A stretch of 64,000 nt of DNA from positions 1,376,001 through 1,440,000 of the forward strand of contig CAVOXA010000010.1 in the NCBI GenBank assembly GCA_963700285.1, read 5' to 3'. Shown here one piece after another: positions 61,349-64,000 of this stretch. The first letter of the stretch is position 1, and every line of letters begins with the position of its first letter. A program made the position numbers and the translations under genes. The notes below the pieces were generated by a model, which was not told the origin of the DNA, did not search any database, and saw only the letters and a list, made by a program, of their open reading frames with translations. This stretch comes from an uncultured Chloroflexia bacterium. GTDB lineage: Bacteria; Chloroflexota; Anaerolineae; JAAYZQ01.

Positions 61349-62749
61349 GTGACAGCATTGGAAAAAGTCTACGGGCATATTGAAGGTCATTTTGACGAGC
61401 ACCTGGAGCGGGTCAAGGACTTTGTCCGGCAGCCCTCTATCAGCGCCGACGGCACGGGCATGGCCGAGATGGCCGAGTTGGTGGCCGCGCAGATCCGGGA
61501 GGCGGGCGGCCAGGCCGAGATCGTGCCCACGCCAGGCTACCCGGTGGTCTATGGCGAGATCGACGCCGGCGCGCCCAAGACACTGCTGGTCTATGGCATG
61601 TACGACGTCCAGCCGGTGGTGGGCGAGACGTGGGACGTCTCCGATCCTTTTGGCGGCGAGGTCCTGGACCTGCCCGACCTGGGTCCCAGCCTGGTCAACC
61701 GGGGCGTCTTTAATAGCAAGGGGCCCCTGATCGGTGTATTCAACGCGCTGCAGAGCTTTCGGGCCACCGGCGAGCCCTACCCCGTCAACCTCAAGTTCAT
61801 GGTCGAGGGTGAGGAGGAGATGGGCAGCCGCAACCTGCCCGGCTTTGTCGAGGCCTACAAGGATCGCCTGCAGGCCGACTTTGCTTTCTTTGGCTTTTAC
61901 GCCCAGGATGTCAGGGGCAAAGTGATCATGTACCTGGGCGTCAAGGGCATTCTTTTCATGGAGCTGATCGCCCGCGGCGGCGATTGGGGCGGCCCGACTA
62001 CGCGCGGCATCCACGGCTCCAACGCCGTCTGGTTCCACAGCCCAACCTGGGCGCTGATCCAGGCGCTGTCCAGCATGTTTACCCCCGACCAGAAGCACAT
62101 CCTCATCGATGGCTTTTACGACGACATCGCCTCACCCTCGGCCGAGGACGAGGATCTGCTGCTGCGGCTGGCCGAGACCCTTACGCCGGAGACGCAACTG
62201 GAGGAGAACGACGTGCGCCGCTACAAGTACGACCTGGCCGGCGCGGACCTGATGCGCAAGTACCTCTACCAGCCCACCCTCAACATCGACGGCATCATCT
62301 CGGGCCACACGGCCGAGGGCACCAAGACCCTGCTGCCCCACGAGGCGCGGGCCAAGGTCGACATCCGCATGGTGCCGAATATGCGCCCGGAGCGGATGCT
62401 GCAATTGCTCGAGGATCACCTGGAGCGGCACGGCTATGGGGACAAGATCGAGGTCCATGTCGAGGACTCGTACCCACCGGCCAAGCTCCGCCTGAAGGGC
62501 AATCCGGCCGGCGAGGCGCTGCTCAAGAGCTACCGCGAGCTGGGCTACGAACCCGAGATCTGGCCCCACCTGGCCGGCTCGGCGCCCTTTTACCTCTTTA
62601 CCGAGGTGCTGGACATTCCCACGGCCATGGGCGGGCTGGGGCACGGCGCCCGGGCGCACAGCCCCAACGAGTACGTCACCCTGGCGGGCATGAAAGAGTA
62701 TGAAAAGTTGGTGGCCGCCTTCCTGGTGAACCTGGGAACCGCCGCGTGA
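61349..62749 (+). CDS. M20/M25/M40 metallopeptidase (ArgE/DapE-like)
   Basis: YGMYDVQP, RGVFNSKG, EGEEEMGS and HSPNE. Confidence 0.9.
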   Translation: MTALEKVYGHIEGHFDEHLERVKDFVRQPSISADGTGMAEMAELVAAQIREAGGQAEIVPTPGYPVVYGEIDAGAPKTLLVYGMYDVQPVVGETWDVSDPFGGEVLDLPDLGPSLVNRGVFNSKGPLIGVFNALQSFRATGEPYPVNLKFMVEGEEEMGSRNLPGFVEAYKDRLQADFAFFGFYAQDVRGKVIMYLGVKGILFMELIARGGDWGGPTTRGIHGSNAVWFHSPTWALIQALSSMFTPDQKHILIDGFYDDIASPSAEDEDLLLRLAETLTPETQLEENDVRRYKYDLAGADLMRKYLYQPTLNIDGIISGHTAEGTKTLLPHEARAKVDIRMVPNMRPERMLQLLEDHLERHGYGDKIEVHVEDSYPPAKLRLKGNPAGEALLKSYRELGYEPEIWPHLAGSAPFYLFTEVLDIPTAMGGLGHGARAHSPNEYVTLAGMKEYEKLVAAFLVNLGTAA

Positions 62750-62849
62750 TCTGCTATATCGTCCGGCTCCTGCCAGTAGGCAGGTTCGCCAACTAGCCAT
62801 CTGGGGGCGATGGGATCACCCTGTCGTCCCTTCACTCATCATTAGCAGA

Positions 62850-62948
62850 AGACCTGACAGGTTTTCTTCGGATCTGTTAGGTGCTACGCCCAAGGCAACC
62901 CTGGCAATCGTTCAAGTCTTGAGCGCGAGGCAGAAACCTGTCAGGTCT
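62850..62948. repeat. REP/MITE-like element
   Basis: AGACCTGACAGGTTT...AAACCTGTCAGGTCT terminal inverted repeat. Confidence 0.7.
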
Positions 62949-62961
62949 CTCCAGAAGGAGG

Positions 62962-63732
62962 ATGAGCATGCGCATCATCTACGTTGTGCCCGCACCCATG
63001 GGCCGGACGCCGGAGGGTGCTGAGGAATTGGCCAGGCGGGGCAGGGTTCTGCGCGAGTACGCCGCCCCAGGCACAGAGGTTGACATCATCGATGTGCCCC
63101 AGGGGCCGGCATCCATCGAGTCGATGTACGAGGAGTATATCAGCATCCCGGCCACCGCCGAGCGCGTCCTGGAGGCCGAGGAACAGGGCTACGACGCCGC
63201 CATCGTGGGCTGCTTTGGCGATCCGGGGCTGGATGCCTTCCGGGAGCTGACCGAGATGCTGGTTGTGGGCCCCGGGGAGTCGTCCTTCCTGGCGGCGGCC
63301 ATGCTGGGCCACAGTTTTTCGGTGGTCACGGTGACGGCCAGTGTCATTGCCTCGACAAAACGAGAGGTGCGCAACGCGGGCGTTGGCGACAAACTGGCCT
63401 CGGTGCGCGTCGTCGAAACGCCGGTGCTGGAGCTGGCCCGGGATCGAGGGGCGACCCTGGACAAGCTGGTTGCCGAGGGGCGCCAGGCGCTGGACCTCGA
63501 CGGCGCCGACACCCTGGTGTTGGGCTGCATGACCATGGGCTTTCTGGGCGTGGCCGAGGAACTGTCCCAGCGGCTGGGCGTGCCGGTCGTCAATCCCAGC
63601 CTTTGGTGCCTCAAGATGGCCGAGGCCATGGCCGGCGCCGGCTACAGCCACAGCAAAAAGGCGTACATGACGCCGCCCAAGGTGGCCATGGGTTTGGTAT
63701 CGAGCAGCCGCGACCTGTTGGTGTCGCATTAG
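62962..63732 (+). CDS. Asp/Glu/hydantoin (allantoin) racemase family protein
   Basis: GPASIES, GCFGDPGL, LGCMTM (two catalytic Cys) and GVPVVNP. Confidence 0.9.
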   Translation: MSMRIIYVVPAPMGRTPEGAEELARRGRVLREYAAPGTEVDIIDVPQGPASIESMYEEYISIPATAERVLEAEEQGYDAAIVGCFGDPGLDAFRELTEMLVVGPGESSFLAAAMLGHSFSVVTVTASVIASTKREVRNAGVGDKLASVRVVETPVLELARDRGATLDKLVAEGRQALDLDGADTLVLGCMTMGFLGVAEELSQRLGVPVVNPSLWCLKMAEAMAGAGYSHSKKAYMTPPKVAMGLVSSSRDLLVSH

Positions 63733-64000
63733 GACTGAGTGAACCGCAGAGACGCAGAGGACGTGGAGAGGGGGAGACGGGGAGAGGGGGAGAGAGGGAG
63801 ATACGGAGATCTGCCTTGTTGGGGGAGGCTCCAAGTCGAACAGCGATGGAACTCTTGCCAAACATCCTCCATGTTTTCTGTGTCTCTGTAGTGAGGAGAG
63901 TATACGATGACGACAGCGATTCAAGACGAGGCCCGGGGCGCGGTAAGCAGCGAGCGGCTGTATGGTGACGTTGAGTGGTTCAGCCACGTCCGGCGGGACA

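Noticed and set aside
63745-63810. GA-rich repeat and CGCAGAG duplet as a functional element
   Set aside because: Low-complexity intergenic sequence at the window edge with no supporting context.

Overview
High-GC bacterial window, most likely from a Chloroflexi (Anaerolineae-like) genome. This assignment is inferred from GAAC-N4-GTTY SOS boxes, a C-terminal LPxIxR motif and the REP-like palindrome types. Many genes between ~7.6-21 kb and ~40-60 kb are broken by single-base frameshifts, most likely long-read consensus errors, so their ends are approximate. Layout, left to right: (1) 1-7.5 kb, a minus-strand ion channel/transporter cluster (ClC, TMEM175, SulP, DUF1269, BASS, rhodanese) with relics of an old duplication. 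(2) 7.6-10.7 kb, DszB-like protein, FeS-nitroreductase and enoyl-CoA hydratase. (3) 11.1-16.8 kb, a soluble Mo-bisPGD enzyme, a 4Fe-4S subunit and a degenerate-NuoF/GltD flavoprotein. (4) 16.8-24 kb, GH63, GlgX, lactonase and glucose dehydrogenase. (5) 24-31.5 kb, small membrane/stress genes, a duplicated 273-bp promoter module and a NarL-type two-component system. (6) 31.6-38.7 kb, Hyi-like isomerase and GH31, then a divergent XRE-cupin/amidohydrolase/SDR/MoaD operon. (7) 38.7-40.5 kb, a candidate structured ncRNA facing a LexA-box-controlled orphan gene. (8) 40.5-45.1 kb, two non-canonical thiolases, two DUF35 proteins and an acyl-CoA dehydrogenase. (9) 45.2-58.6 kb, an accessory island: LexA-box-controlled Prim-Pol/DUF3987-like replication gene with an iteron-like array, HicAB, a type I RM system with a RAYT/REP insertion and scrambled hsdS TRDs, a Fic relic and Phd-VapC. 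(10) 58.7-64 kb, SBBP propeller protein, a 38-aa tandem-repeat protein, M20 peptidase and a racemase. No rRNA, tRNA or CRISPR array was seen.
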